The position numbers and the translations under genes were made by a program. From NCBI GenBank assembly GCA_043797665.1, contig JAZDPL010000038.1, forward strand, positions 26,940 through 90,939: DNA of 64,000 nucleotides, read 5' to 3'. Positions within the stretch are counted from its first letter, which is position 1. Each line of letters starts with the position of its first letter. Below, one piece after another: positions 25,028 to 34,623 of the stretch. The notes beneath the pieces are model-generated. The model was not told where the DNA came from. It saw only the letters and a list, made by a program, of their open reading frames with translations, and did no database searches. This DNA is from Candidatus Omnitrophota bacterium. GTDB taxonomy: Bacteria > Ratteibacteria > UBA8468 > MWAK01.

Positions 25028-27433
25028 TCAGAATGACAAAGACCTGGCTAAAAGGAGTTGCCCCAAACAGACACCGGAATCATTTATCGGAACCCGCTCC
25101 GGAATAACCGGCTCAAACCCGGCAATAGAAAGTCTTTTCAAAACAAGGGATAAAAGAAGCCGGTTCTGAAAAACTCCTCCGGAAAGAACGACCTTCTTTA
25201 TTTTAAACTGTCGGGACAGTCTTTGGCAAACCGAAAAGATAATTTCCGCTATTGATAAATGGAACCGGTTGGCAATATCTTCCACCGGTACTCCTCTTTT
25301 TAAATCGGTTACCATGCCGGTAATGATGGGTCGCCAGTCTACCTTCACCCCATCCAAAACAAAGGGATACGGCAAAAGGTTTTCAGATTCAGATTTTTCC
25401 GCTGCGGTCTGAATCCTGACCGGCGCCTCTGCCTCATAACTCTGTTCATAACAGAGACCCAAAATCGCGGAGACACCGTCAAAAAGCCTGCCGGCACTGG
25501 AGGTAACCGGAAAAGGGTATCCTTTCTTTATCGCTTCCAAGACCGGTTTCCATAAATCCCCCCAACTTGATGTTGGGGTCCCCGCGGCAGATGCGCCTTC
25601 AAATCCCCCTACTTCCCCCTTTCCAAATCCTATGGAAAGGGAACCCGCCTTTAGCAAAGGGGGATTGAGGGGGATTTCCGGAATATTCTCTCCAAAACTC
25701 CGGTAGAGAAGACTTAAACCGGTCCGCCAGGGCTGGTTCACCGCCAAATCACCCCCGGGCAAAGGGAAAGGAAGAAAAAAACCTGCCCGCTCTAACTTTT
25801 CGTGGTCTCCGACAAAGAACTCTCCGCCCCAGGCGCTGCCATCTTCACCATAACCGGTACCGTCAAAAGCAACCCCGATTATTGGTTCTTTAATCCCTTT
25901 CTCCGCGATAACCGAAGCCACGTGTGCCTTGTGGTGCTGAATCAAAAGAAGAGGTATCTTTTCTCTTTGCGCCATCTCCTCAGCCAAACGCCGGCTCCGG
26001 TAATCCGGATGGAGGTCGGCGACTAAAAACTTCGGTTGAATGCCGAACATCTTTTGATAGCGAGACAGGGTCTCCTCTAAAAACTCCTGGTTTTCATAAT
26101 TCTTCAGGTCACCCAAATACGTCGAAAGGAAAACGGTATTACCGGCGGCCAGGGCAAAGGTTCCCTTTTCCTCAGCACCAAAAGAGAGACCGGGCGGAAA
26201 GGTAAATCCAGTCAAAATGGGCAAAGGTGCGTAACCGCGGCTGCGCCGGATAGAGACCATCCCGGATTTCCCCAGGGGGGTTGTCACAAAAGGCAAAAAT
26301 ATAGAATCGTCGCAACGATTAATAATCCTGCGGTTATGAACCAGGAAATAGTCGGCAATCCCGGAAAGTTTTTCTTCCGCCTCGTCATTATCACAAATAA
26401 TCGGTTCCTCCGAAAGATTGGCGCTGGTTGCCACCAGAACGTCCAATTCCTTCTCAAAAAGAAGGAAATGAAGCGGTGCGTAGGGCAGAAAGAAGCCGTA
26501 GTAATTATTGTCCGGGGCTATGGAGGGCGCCAGTAAATTATCTGAAGGCTTCTTTTTACTGAGAAGAAGAATCGGCCGGGCCGGACCGGACAGGACTCTC
26601 CGGTCTTCAGGAGAAAACAGGGCATACCGGGCTATCGTCTCACCGGATTCTGCCATTAACGCCAGAGGTTTTATCGGTCTGTTTTTGCGCTCCCGTAATT
26701 TCCTGACCGCGGTTTCGTTATGGGCGTCGCAAATTATGTGGAATCCGCCGATTCCTTTAACCGCTAAAATCCTGCCCTGCCGGAGCAGACCAACCGCTTT
26801 CTTAACCGCGCCCCCTTTTGTGGCAATCGTAACCTGCTGGTACCGCAAGGAAACTTCCGGACCACAGACCGGACAGGCAATTGGTTCCGCGTGGTATCTG
26901 CGGTCAGCCGGATTAAGGTACTCCTTCCGGCAAACACCGCAGATTTGGAACTCAGACATAGCGGTTTTGGACCGGTCATAAGGCAAACCGCTGATAATAG
27001 AGTAACGGGGACCGCAGTTGGTACAGTTAATGAAAGGGTATTGGAACCTGCGGTCAGTCCGCTCCTCCATTTCGGAAAGGCAATCAGGGCAGGACGCGAT
27101 ATCCGGAGGCACAAAGAGTTCACCCCTCCTTCTACTCTGGCTCCGGACAATCCGGAAGTCCGGGAAGTTAACCGGCGGAACTTCTTTAGTCTTTATCCGG
27201 AGAATTTCGCTGGCTGGCGGCGCCTCTTTGGAAAGGAATACCACAAACCGGTCAAGAACTTTACGGGTACCTTCAATATGAATCGTTACGCCGTCGCGCT
27301 GGTTCCGTACAAACCCGCACAGTCCCAACCGGGTGCTCAGGCGGTACACGAACGGCCGGAAGCCGACACCCTGTACCAGACCGGTTATTTTAATCCGGAA
27401 GGCTGTTCTCTTTAGGGGTTGATTAGTAGACAA
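25028..27433 (-). CDS. hypF: Carbamoyltransferase HypF
   Basis: Acylphosphatase domain (VQGVGFRPFVYRL...), two Zn-finger Cys pairs, and YrdC and Kae1-like domains. Contains an in-frame repeat-element insertion at 25560-25680. Confidence 0.85.
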   Translation of the reverse strand: MSTNQPLKRTAFRIKITGLVQGVGFRPFVYRLSTRLGLCGFVRNQRDGVTIHIEGTRKVLDRFVVFLSKEAPPASEILRIKTKEVPPVNFPDFRIVRSQSRRRGELFVPPDIASCPDCLSEMEERTDRRFQYPFINCTNCGPRYSIISGLPYDRSKTAMSEFQICGVCRKEYLNPADRRYHAEPIACPVCGPEVSLRYQQVTIATKGGAVKKAVGLLRQGRILAVKGIGGFHIICDAHNETAVRKLRERKNRPIKPLALMAESGETIARYALFSPEDRRVLSGPARPILLLSKKKPSDNLLAPSIAPDNNYYGFFLPYAPLHFLLFEKELDVLVATSANLSEEPIICDNDEAEEKLSGIADYFLVHNRRIINRCDDSIFLPFVTTPLGKSGMVSIRRSRGYAPLPILTGFTFPPGLSFGAEEKGTFALAAGNTVFLSTYLGDLKNYENQEFLEETLSRYQKMFGIQPKFLVADLHPDYRSRRLAEEMAQREKIPLLLIQHHKAHVASVIAEKGIKEPIIGVAFDGTGYGEDGSAWGGEFFVGDHEKLERAGFFLPFPLPGGDLAVNQPWRTGLSLLYRSFGENIPEIPLNPPLLKAGSLSIGFGKGEVGGFEGASAAGTPTSSWGDLWKPVLEAIKKGYPFPVTSSAGRLFDGVSAILGLCYEQSYEAEAPVRIQTAAEKSESENLLPYPFVLDGVKVDWRPIITGMVTDLKRGVPVEDIANRFHLSIAEIIFSVCQRLSRQFKIKKVVLSGGVFQNRLLLSLVLKRLSIAGFEPVIPERVPINDSGVCLGQLLLARSLSF
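25560..25680. repeat. Family-B GC-rich hairpin element (core AAGGGGGATTGAGGGGGATTTC) inserted in frame in hypF
   Basis: Hairpins ccccaac-ttgat-gttgggg and ccctttcc-aaatcctat-ggaaaggg, plus the 22-mer aagggggattgagggggatttc. That 22-mer is also present at 41016 and, as its reverse complement, at 40170. Confidence 0.65.
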
Positions 27434-28068
27434 AGCCAGTCAAACCATTCTTTAAAACCAGTACTCTGAAGAGAAGAAATTTGAAATATTGGAAGGGTTG
27501 CGTTCACCCGGTGGACATACTCTAAGCAGGCTTGCAGACTGAAAGGGAGGTAAGGAAGCAGGTCCATCTTAGAAAGCACCAAAGCCTTTGCCTCGCGAAA
27601 AAGTAAAGGATACTTCAGGGGCTTATCCTCCCCCTCGGTAACACTTAAAACTGCGACCTTGGCATCTTCACCGATATCAAACTCTGCCGGACAGACCAGA
27701 TTTCCAACGTTCTCCACCAGAACCACGTCTAACTTGTCTAACGGAAAGTCACGCAGGCCGTAATGGACAAGTTTTGCCTCCAGATGGCAGGCGCCGCTGG
27801 TCAGTAACTGACTCACCGGAATACCCAAAGGCGCCAACCTTTCCGCATCCCGGGTCGTTTCAATATCACCCTCCAGAACCGCGAAACGCACCCTGTCTTT
27901 CAGTCCTTGCACTGTCTTTTCCAGGAGGGTGGTCTTGCCGCAACCGGCCGACCCGATTATGTTTAACAGCACCAGATTCTTTTCGCGCAGCAGAGTACGG
28001 GTCTTCTGCGCCCACTCGTCATTGGCGCCCATCAGGTCCCGGTAGACCCTAATCCTCTGCGTCTCCAT
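27412..28068 (-). CDS. hypB: Hydrogenase nickel incorporation GTPase HypB
   Basis: G1 motif GSAGCGKTTLL and a CH-type metal-binding N-terminus. Confidence 0.8.
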   Translation of the reverse strand: METQRIRVYRDLMGANDEWAQKTRTLLREKNLVLLNIIGSAGCGKTTLLEKTVQGLKDRVRFAVLEGDIETTRDAERLAPLGIPVSQLLTSGACHLEAKLVHYGLRDFPLDKLDVVLVENVGNLVCPAEFDIGEDAKVAVLSVTEGEDKPLKYPLLFREAKALVLSKMDLLPYLPFSLQACLEYVHRVNATLPIFQISSLQSTGFKEWFDWLCLLINP

Positions 28069-28411
28069 CGCTAACGGTCAGTCCGTCTAAATAAAGTTCC
28101 TTTCCGCCCAGAATCTCCAAATCCCCGGAGCCGCAAGCACTGCATTGAAAAAGGACATCTTTTATCTCTTCCCGCTGCCGGCATTTCCGACACTCCGCCA
28201 GAACCGGGGCGGATACAATCTCAAGGATGGAACCTTCCAGATTCGTACCTTTCGCTAAACTCCGGTAGGCAAACTCCAGGTTATCCGGAACAACCTGCCG
28301 TAGTCTGCCCACTACCACCCTGGCACTTAAAATCTTCGGCACTGGTTCTATTTCCTCCAGTTCCGCACTAATCGCCTTTACCAGCCATTCACCAATCGCA
28401 AATTCGTGCAT
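28049..28411 (-). CDS. hypA: Hydrogenase nickel insertion protein HypA
   Basis: MHEF... N-terminus and zinc finger CRKC...CSAC. Confidence 0.7.
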   Translation of the reverse strand: MHEFAIGEWLVKAISAELEEIEPVPKILSARVVVGRLRQVVPDNLEFAYRSLAKGTNLEGSILEIVSAPVLAECRKCRQREEIKDVLFQCSACGSGDLEILGGKELYLDGLTVSDGDAED

Positions 28412-28634
28412 AGGGGGTTGCTAAAATAAAAAATCCCGTCCTGCCGTTGGAATACACCTCTAGACCCATAAAGTAGGTGGGTGTCATCGCAGGCTACTTT
28501 TTGCCCGCAGGCAATCGTACCTGACTCCGACTCCCATTATCAGGGTGTTGGCAAAAGGTTGTATCCCTGGCGAACAGGACAGGATTAGTACCTATTTTAC
28601 TCCCCTCCCTCCCCGCTGTCAATAGGTAGGCATC

Positions 28635-28913
28635 TCACCTCACAGACTTAAGAAATTTCCTGATCTGGTCGTGACTTCCAACGGTGCCCCAGGTAAGAAA
28701 GTCCCCTTCTATTGTGAACAAGATTCTCAGCCGGATACCAGCTCTTATTTCCCATATGTCTTCAGTTAGTTTCTTCAGACCTAAACCAGCAGGTCTCTGT
28801 CCCATTTCGTAGAAAGTTATCAACCATCTGATAGCCTCTTTAACCGTTTTTTTATCCTGCGGAACAAGTTTTTGGAAGGTTTTTTCAAAGGAAGGAAGAA
28901 CGGCATAACGCAT
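28635..28913 (-). CDS. Type II toxin, RelE/ParE superfamily
   Basis: 92 aa with a RelE/ParE-like pattern (LKKL...IWEIR...RILF...GSHDQIRKF). The stop and start overlap with the upstream antitoxin gene. Confidence 0.5.
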   Translation of the reverse strand: MRYAVLPSFEKTFQKLVPQDKKTVKEAIRWLITFYEMGQRPAGLGLKKLTEDIWEIRAGIRLRILFTIEGDFLTWGTVGSHDQIRKFLKSVR

Positions 28914-29167
28914 TATAGTTTTTCTAAGTAACTATCAAACTCTTTTTGGTTCATAATCTTTGCCTTTTGCCTTTCTTTTCGGAAAAGTTCTTCCAGGCAT
29001 TTAAGTTCTTTCTCCAAAAACTTCTCTTCCAAAACCATCGGTTTCACTTTAATGTAAGTTTCCTCTATTTCCACGTTCACATAGTCTCCCACCTTGATGG
29101 GGAAAATATTGCGTACATCTTCCGGAATTGTTATCTGAAACTTTTCCTTTACTTTTGACAGGCCCAT
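28913..29167 (-). CDS. Antitoxin, AbrB/MazE/SpoVT swapped-hairpin DNA-binding domain
   Basis: 84 aa. The N-terminus 'KFQITIPEDVRNIFPIKVGDYVNV' matches the AbrB/MazE fold. Positioned 5' of the toxin. Confidence 0.5.
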   Translation of the reverse strand: MGLSKVKEKFQITIPEDVRNIFPIKVGDYVNVEIEETYIKVKPMVLEEKFLEKELKCLEELFRKERQKAKIMNQKEFDSYLEKL

Positions 29168-29179
29168 CCTGATCCTCCT

Positions 29180-29230
29180 ACTGTATTACAGTATTATTGT
29201 ATAACATAAATATTCACAATGTCAATAGGG
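29180..29230 (-). promoter_or_regulatory. Sigma70-like promoter (TTGACA-17-ATACAAT) with a perfect palindromic operator ACTGTA-T-TACAGT over the leader of the TA operon
   Basis: Reverse complement: TTGACAttgtgaatatttatgttATACAATaatACTGTAATACAGTaGGAGGatcATG. The palindrome lies between the -10 box and the RBS, as expected for antitoxin autoregulation. Confidence 0.4.
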
Positions 29231-29454
29231 AGGAGAATCTCCGAATTGAGCCCTCCGAAAAAGAGACGAATATTCTATCAATCATTCCCAATTCGTCAGA
29301 CAGTGTCTGCGGAATTTGAACCCATGCTCTCGTGGTCTCATTATTGCGGAAAAACAGTAATTCTGAACCGCCATCGCTAACCCAATCACTCCCACCCCCA
29401 ATCTCTTCTGTACTTTATTCATAGGAACTACTTTTTTAAGTTATGGTATTGATT

Positions 29455-30807
29455 TTATTTTGGAATGACTGTGAACTTGCCGACTCGCAAAAATGGAATC
29501 ATTTTCGTTGAGGTTTCAGTGATTATCCAGAGTTTTGCCGGCAAAAATGTCACCGGTGTCGGGCTATTCCAACTTAGCGTATCAACTATCTCGTTAGAAG
29601 AAAGGTTAACAACATTGACCGAAATATCCGTATCAGATTTCACATTCAAAATCATCCGGTACCATTGTGTATCCCAAACCCAGGTACCCAGTGTACGACT
29701 CTCTTTTTTATTCCCGTCTACAGACAGTACCAAGGTATAGGCGCCGCCGTTGTAACAAGCATAACATAGTATGACCGAGGGCTGCTTAAAATAGACAAAA
29801 CTTCTCTTATCCGCCAGTTCGCTACCCAGCATTATTCCAAACCAATAGCCTCCGGCAGGTCTCAAAATGAAATCCAGAGTATACGTCCCTGTGTCATACA
29901 TACTCGTTTCTGACCCCTGATGTTTATTATCATCAAATAAAAGTAACCCATCAAGATTTATGCCGTTTTGAAGTGCAGAAATAGAGGTGCTGAATAGCCC
30001 TTCTTGCTTAAATGTTATTATTTCTGGTGTCAGATTGCGGAGATAATCCAGGTCCGAACTTTTTTTAAACGTAACTTCTATATTCCTCTTTTCTTTTTCG
30101 GCTCCTTCCTGCGAAGGTTTTGTATCTATCTCCGTTTCCGCAAAATTGAAGTCGTCAAGGTAACATTCCGGTCCAGAAGCAGTAACCCCGGGATTAATAG
30201 CGCTTATCTGGAGGTCACCAGCATTATAAACGGCTGAATACTCTTTCCATTCCTCAGTTAACGACACACCTTTCAAAACTTCGGCACAACCGGAGAATCC
30301 TTTTTCACTGTAAAGATAAAGAAAAAGGGTAACTTCGCCCTTACCTTTTGCCCAGACACTTACCCGGTAAGAAGCCTTCTTTTTAACTTCGCCGTAAATA
30401 TAGTACAGTGCACCATTTCCACCAAGTTTCACGCATCGATTTCCCGTGTGTGCGACTCCGTCAATTACCTCAATGGTTCCAGGCTGGCTGGGATTTAATC
30501 GCCAATGCCAAAGATAATTGGCTGGGTCAAATTTCCAGCCGGACAACAATAAGTCTTTTATCTCATCTTCACCAGCATCCCTTTTCGTCACTTGTTCAAA
30601 ACTGTGGTTTTGAATCGGATTTTTTATTTTAAACATCTGCTCAACCCCTTCTGCAGACATCCTCAGAAATAAAAGACCCATCGCCACTAAAGCTATAACC
30701 CGTATCCCTGGTTTTCTTCCCATTTTTCTCCTTTCTGCAACAATATATTTATGGAATAACCTTTGCCACTCTGCCAGGCAGGTCCTCTTCGCTAACATTT
30801 TCTTCAA
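29455..30807 (-). CDS. Secreted hypothetical protein (signal peptide/TM anchor at N-terminus)
   Basis: Long ORF with a hydrophobic N-terminal segment (IRVIALVAMGLLFL) and no recognisable catalytic motif. The true start is probably the internal Met (MGRKPG). Confidence 0.4.
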   Translation of the reverse strand: MKKMLAKRTCLAEWQRLFHKYIVAERRKMGRKPGIRVIALVAMGLLFLRMSAEGVEQMFKIKNPIQNHSFEQVTKRDAGEDEIKDLLLSGWKFDPANYLWHWRLNPSQPGTIEVIDGVAHTGNRCVKLGGNGALYYIYGEVKKKASYRVSVWAKGKGEVTLFLYLYSEKGFSGCAEVLKGVSLTEEWKEYSAVYNAGDLQISAINPGVTASGPECYLDDFNFAETEIDTKPSQEGAEKEKRNIEVTFKKSSDLDYLRNLTPEIITFKQEGLFSTSISALQNGINLDGLLLFDDNKHQGSETSMYDTGTYTLDFILRPAGGYWFGIMLGSELADKRSFVYFKQPSVILCYACYNGGAYTLVLSVDGNKKESRTLGTWVWDTQWYRMILNVKSDTDISVNVVNLSSNEIVDTLSWNSPTPVTFLPAKLWIITETSTKMIPFLRVGKFTVIPK

Positions 30808-31690
30808 AAGATACGACTGCTTTCATTTGCCAGGTCTTCCCTGGATTTAGAACGTAAGGCTGGCACATAAACTCCAGGGTGGGAATTTCGTTAACGCTAA
30901 TATTGGTATACTCCTGTAAAAGTTTTTCATAGGTGGGTTTAACGAAAAAAGCCGTTTTTGTTTTTTTACTATAAAGGATAAAATTTCCCTCTTTAATTGT
31001 TTCCGCCAAACGATACTCTTTTTCAAACTTTTCATTACCATGAGTATAAGGGGCATTCTCAACGGGAAAAACAAGGTTTTCTTTTTCCGGGGGCAAGGTT
31101 AAAAGTTGAATTATTATTTCTTTTGTGCCCGGTAATATTAAAGCATACTCCGAACCAAAGTCAAGCCAATTGTGAAACCAGAACGAAAAATATCTCGGTT
31201 TTTTACCGCTGTTCTTAATGGTGTAATTAATTGTTATTTCTGGTTTGCTTCCTTGAATATAATAAGTTTTGATAATTGTCCAGCCTTCACTGGTAGAAGA
31301 ACCTATCTGAAAAGGAAAAACCTCAAATTTGCCCTCAAATTCAAGGGTTACCGTACCGCCTTTTATGCCCTTTTTTATTAATTTATAGGGAACTGATAGC
31401 GTCAACCGTCGTGGACTCCAAAGTGTGTCTTTGGCAATTCCGTGTCCCTTATCCGGGTAAAGTATATACTCTCTGTTATTGAACCTCCAGCCGACAATCT
31501 TTGCGGTGTCTGTGCGGTCAAAAACAATCTTCTGCCCTACGGTTTCTACAATAGTTTTGGTATCAAAAGGATCGGGATAAACCTTTATTCCTTCGGGAAA
31601 TAGAACGGATGGAAATAGAAAAAGTAGGCATAAAAACCAAACAGGCATAAGAAATCTCCTTATTTTAAAAATTCTAATTTTCCCCATCAT
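30749..31690 (-). CDS. Secreted hypothetical protein
   Basis: 313-aa ORF with an N-terminal signal-like segment (MPVWFLCLLFLFPSVLF). Confidence 0.4.
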   Translation of the reverse strand: MMGKIRIFKIRRFLMPVWFLCLLFLFPSVLFPEGIKVYPDPFDTKTIVETVGQKIVFDRTDTAKIVGWRFNNREYILYPDKGHGIAKDTLWSPRRLTLSVPYKLIKKGIKGGTVTLEFEGKFEVFPFQIGSSTSEGWTIIKTYYIQGSKPEITINYTIKNSGKKPRYFSFWFHNWLDFGSEYALILPGTKEIIIQLLTLPPEKENLVFPVENAPYTHGNEKFEKEYRLAETIKEGNFILYSKKTKTAFFVKPTYEKLLQEYTNISVNEIPTLEFMCQPYVLNPGKTWQMKAVVSFEENVSEEDLPGRVAKVIP

Positions 31691-31708
31691 AAATGTTTCT
31701 CCTTTTGC

Positions 31709-34594
31709 CTATTCCAGTAATTTACCGACCAAGCCGGCTTTTTTGGCGGCAAAACTGCCGTCCGGTCTTTGGTACATATAAAGATAAGTAGTATCGGGAA
31801 ATCTACCGTAGTACGTGTATTCTTTATCCCAGAGACGGAAGAGCAGAAGAATCGCATCCTGAACCGCATCGTGGTCTTTGCCCCCTACGTAAAGAATTTC
31901 CGACTGGTTAGTATCCTTGGTCACAATAATTGACCCTTCTCCTTCGTATCTGAGATTCCATTTGCCAGAAAGGATATTTTTATTGTTGATATCGACTATA
32001 ATCATGTTGTCGCTAACCGGAGATTCCCGGTCAGTCTTTACCGGGATATCCATCTTCACGTAAGGAGTCAGTGTCTCACAGTAATACCGGAAATAATCTT
32101 GAATACGTAAGACCAATCTTTCTGATTCTTTATCATTAGCCGGATATACAATAGTACAGTTAGGGCTTTTTTTATCCTTCATCGCGGGGAAATTTAATAC
32201 CTCTTTTTCCGGGGACAAAAAGGTTTTTGAACGTTGAATAACAACGATTTTGTTTTCTCCGGCAACTAAATTAGCTTTAAACAAAATACCGTTTTCTTTT
32301 TGAACGTAATCTTTTATCGGTTTTTCGTTTAGCATAACAGAGAAAACTTTTTTATTTTCCTCCAACCTTGCCACCATCTGGGTGGAAAAAGCTTCAGATA
32401 CTTTCAAGGAAATCTGGGTGGTTGATTGATAGGCATCATCGGTCTGGCTGGCGGATACCACTGATTTCCCTTTTGGAGTAAAACCAATCTGTGCCCGGAA
32501 AATAGCCGGAGTTCGGCCGGGAATAACTACTTTGGAAATTATGGTATAAGTACTGTCCAATTCTTGCTCAGTTTTTTCGCCGGTATGATACACAAAAACA
32601 TAACTGAAATCACCCAAAAAACGATTCTCTATGGTAATGTTACTGGTAATAGGCTCATCATCCGGATTTCCCAGGCACAATATACTTTTAACATCCTTTC
32701 CGTAGCGAGACAGCCAAATCTTATCATTGGCTTTTACCGGCACCAATGGTTCCCACCCGGTGGTAACTGTATCTAACAGTACCGGCATATACTTAAAGAA
32801 CCGGGGAACACCGCTAAGAAAATTGTGCGGTGGAATGCCCCCAAGATAAAAACTGGAGAGGAGAACATTATCCCGGGCGATTAAAAAAGCCTCTTTAATC
32901 TCTTCCGGACTCAATGACTCCCAGTCTACGAGGTTATCGACGCTATAATCACGCCACCACGAAATACTCTTACGTCCACTGAAATACCGGGAGGATTCGA
33001 CACATTCCGGGCCGTAATAAGGAGGATTTTCGTAAATTGCTGCGTCAGCACGAAACGAAGCCGGAAAGACACCCCAATCAAAATTACCGATGACACCCAG
33101 GGTGTATTTCCCTTTGTTATTCTTAAGGGTATGAGCATAGTCCATTATGTTAGCAATGGCGATTGCAGTATCAACGTAGGCTCCTTTTTCATCAAACGCT
33201 CTCCCCTTACATTTATCCAGTGCCGGCCCGCGATACTTACCGATATCATTGGCGGTATCGCAAGACCAGCCGTAAAGGTCTACCTCTTCCGCAACCTTTC
33301 TCATCCCTTCCTTCAAAAACTTTTCGTATTCCGTCTGGTACGCAAACACTTTATATTCATTATCGCTTCCAGTTACCCAGGGTTGATTGTATACGGTCAC
33401 CACATCCGGGTCCATCTCCGGCGTAATCAGGGAATCTGGAAATTTTTCATTAACTAATTGCTGTTCACACCATGGTATCGCGATATAAAAACAATTGGCT
33501 ACCTCGCCATCAAGAAACGCAAACCGTTCTTTCCGAAAAGCGTGGAATTTTTCCCAGGAAAAAGAAGTCGCTTTAAAAATCTCCACCGGCCTGGCAGGAG
33601 TGAAATCCCAGAGGTCTTTCTCTCCGTAAATATCACCGGAACGTTTGAATGGAGCATATGCCCAAGCCCAAGCGCCGTACAGCCTTCTTACATACTCTAA
33701 ACGTACGGGGTGGTCGTAGCCGTAGTCAGCCCGGCCGCTGGCCCAAGTAACATTACATATTGAGCCTAAGTTAATCTTGGGATTAATATCCTTTAGGGGA
33801 GAAAAGTATTCCGGAAAGATATCGTAATATTTCTGCAGTCCGGCTTTAAATCCTCCGTATTCCGGTTCAAAATTATAGAGAACAAAAGTAACCGAATCTT
33901 TAACTTTATTATCCACCACCATTCTGGTTCCGTAGCGAATCTGAAAAGACCCAGGTTCCAGGGGAGTAATGCTATTTTCCAGGTAACTTAAAAGGTCATA
34001 AGCAGCATTACCCACGGCAATGCCTGATTTTCTTGAATAGACACAAGCCATCGGGAAGGTGCCAACCCATTTATTCCGGATATGTTGGGCTCCCGGTGAT
34101 TTGACAACTGAATTCCCATCCCAGTACGTATATTCTTTATCTCCAAAAGAGGAGGCCAATTGCATCCCCAATTCCAACAAAATGGCCTTATTCTTTCCAC
34201 CCATTTCAGGTTTAACTTTCCAGGTAATGTAGTCCGGATAAACGGTGATGCTGTGGTCGGCTTTTATGCACCCGGTCTTATCCGCCCATTTAAATAAAAG
34301 CGTATTGCCTTTCTGTTGGAAAGCAGAAAGACTCCCTCCGCTCAGGTCTTCTTTTTCCTTATTGTTAAAAAAGGTAATAAGACCTTTTCCCTCTCGTAAG
34401 ATTGAACCCTTAAGATTATCCTTAAATTTAAACGTGCCGTCTGCCTTATTTAAGGAAAAAGAAAGTGCTTTTGTCTCAATTAAATAGCAACCTTTATCTT
34501 CTTTAATATCTGCCAGCGACACCCGGCAAAATATCAAAAGAAAAATAAACGTAAAGACACACTGACTCCATGTAATTCTTTTTCGTGATACCAT
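31709..34594 (-). CDS. Large secreted hypothetical protein, possibly glycan-active (961 aa)
   Basis: N-terminal signal peptide (FTFIFLLIFCRVSLA). Long uninterrupted ORF in a cluster with a sugar-type regulator and transporter. No motif I can name confidently. Confidence 0.45.
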   Translation of the reverse strand: MVSRKRITWSQCVFTFIFLLIFCRVSLADIKEDKGCYLIETKALSFSLNKADGTFKFKDNLKGSILREGKGLITFFNNKEKEDLSGGSLSAFQQKGNTLLFKWADKTGCIKADHSITVYPDYITWKVKPEMGGKNKAILLELGMQLASSFGDKEYTYWDGNSVVKSPGAQHIRNKWVGTFPMACVYSRKSGIAVGNAAYDLLSYLENSITPLEPGSFQIRYGTRMVVDNKVKDSVTFVLYNFEPEYGGFKAGLQKYYDIFPEYFSPLKDINPKINLGSICNVTWASGRADYGYDHPVRLEYVRRLYGAWAWAYAPFKRSGDIYGEKDLWDFTPARPVEIFKATSFSWEKFHAFRKERFAFLDGEVANCFYIAIPWCEQQLVNEKFPDSLITPEMDPDVVTVYNQPWVTGSDNEYKVFAYQTEYEKFLKEGMRKVAEEVDLYGWSCDTANDIGKYRGPALDKCKGRAFDEKGAYVDTAIAIANIMDYAHTLKNNKGKYTLGVIGNFDWGVFPASFRADAAIYENPPYYGPECVESSRYFSGRKSISWWRDYSVDNLVDWESLSPEEIKEAFLIARDNVLLSSFYLGGIPPHNFLSGVPRFFKYMPVLLDTVTTGWEPLVPVKANDKIWLSRYGKDVKSILCLGNPDDEPITSNITIENRFLGDFSYVFVYHTGEKTEQELDSTYTIISKVVIPGRTPAIFRAQIGFTPKGKSVVSASQTDDAYQSTTQISLKVSEAFSTQMVARLEENKKVFSVMLNEKPIKDYVQKENGILFKANLVAGENKIVVIQRSKTFLSPEKEVLNFPAMKDKKSPNCTIVYPANDKESERLVLRIQDYFRYYCETLTPYVKMDIPVKTDRESPVSDNMIIVDINNKNILSGKWNLRYEGEGSIIVTKDTNQSEILYVGGKDHDAVQDAILLLFRLWDKEYTYYGRFPDTTYLYMYQRPDGSFAAKKAGLVGKLLE

Positions 34595-34623
34595 AAAGCC
34601 TCCTCCTAAATTTAAAAATTCTC

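Noticed and set aside
25802-27415. Several 70-170-aa ORFs (25802, 25924, 26508, 26891, 27018) antisense or in an alternative frame within hypF
   Set aside because: HypF is strongly supported across this whole span by its acylphosphatase, Zn-finger, YrdC and Kae1 domains. The overlapping ORFs are compositional artefacts.
28412-28634. 223-nt leader upstream of hypA as a possible riboswitch or structured ncRNA
   Set aside because: It contains only short generic hairpins (for example gcctgcgggcaaaaagtagcctgcg). It has no resemblance to any riboswitch consensus I know. It is more likely an ordinary promoter and regulatory region.
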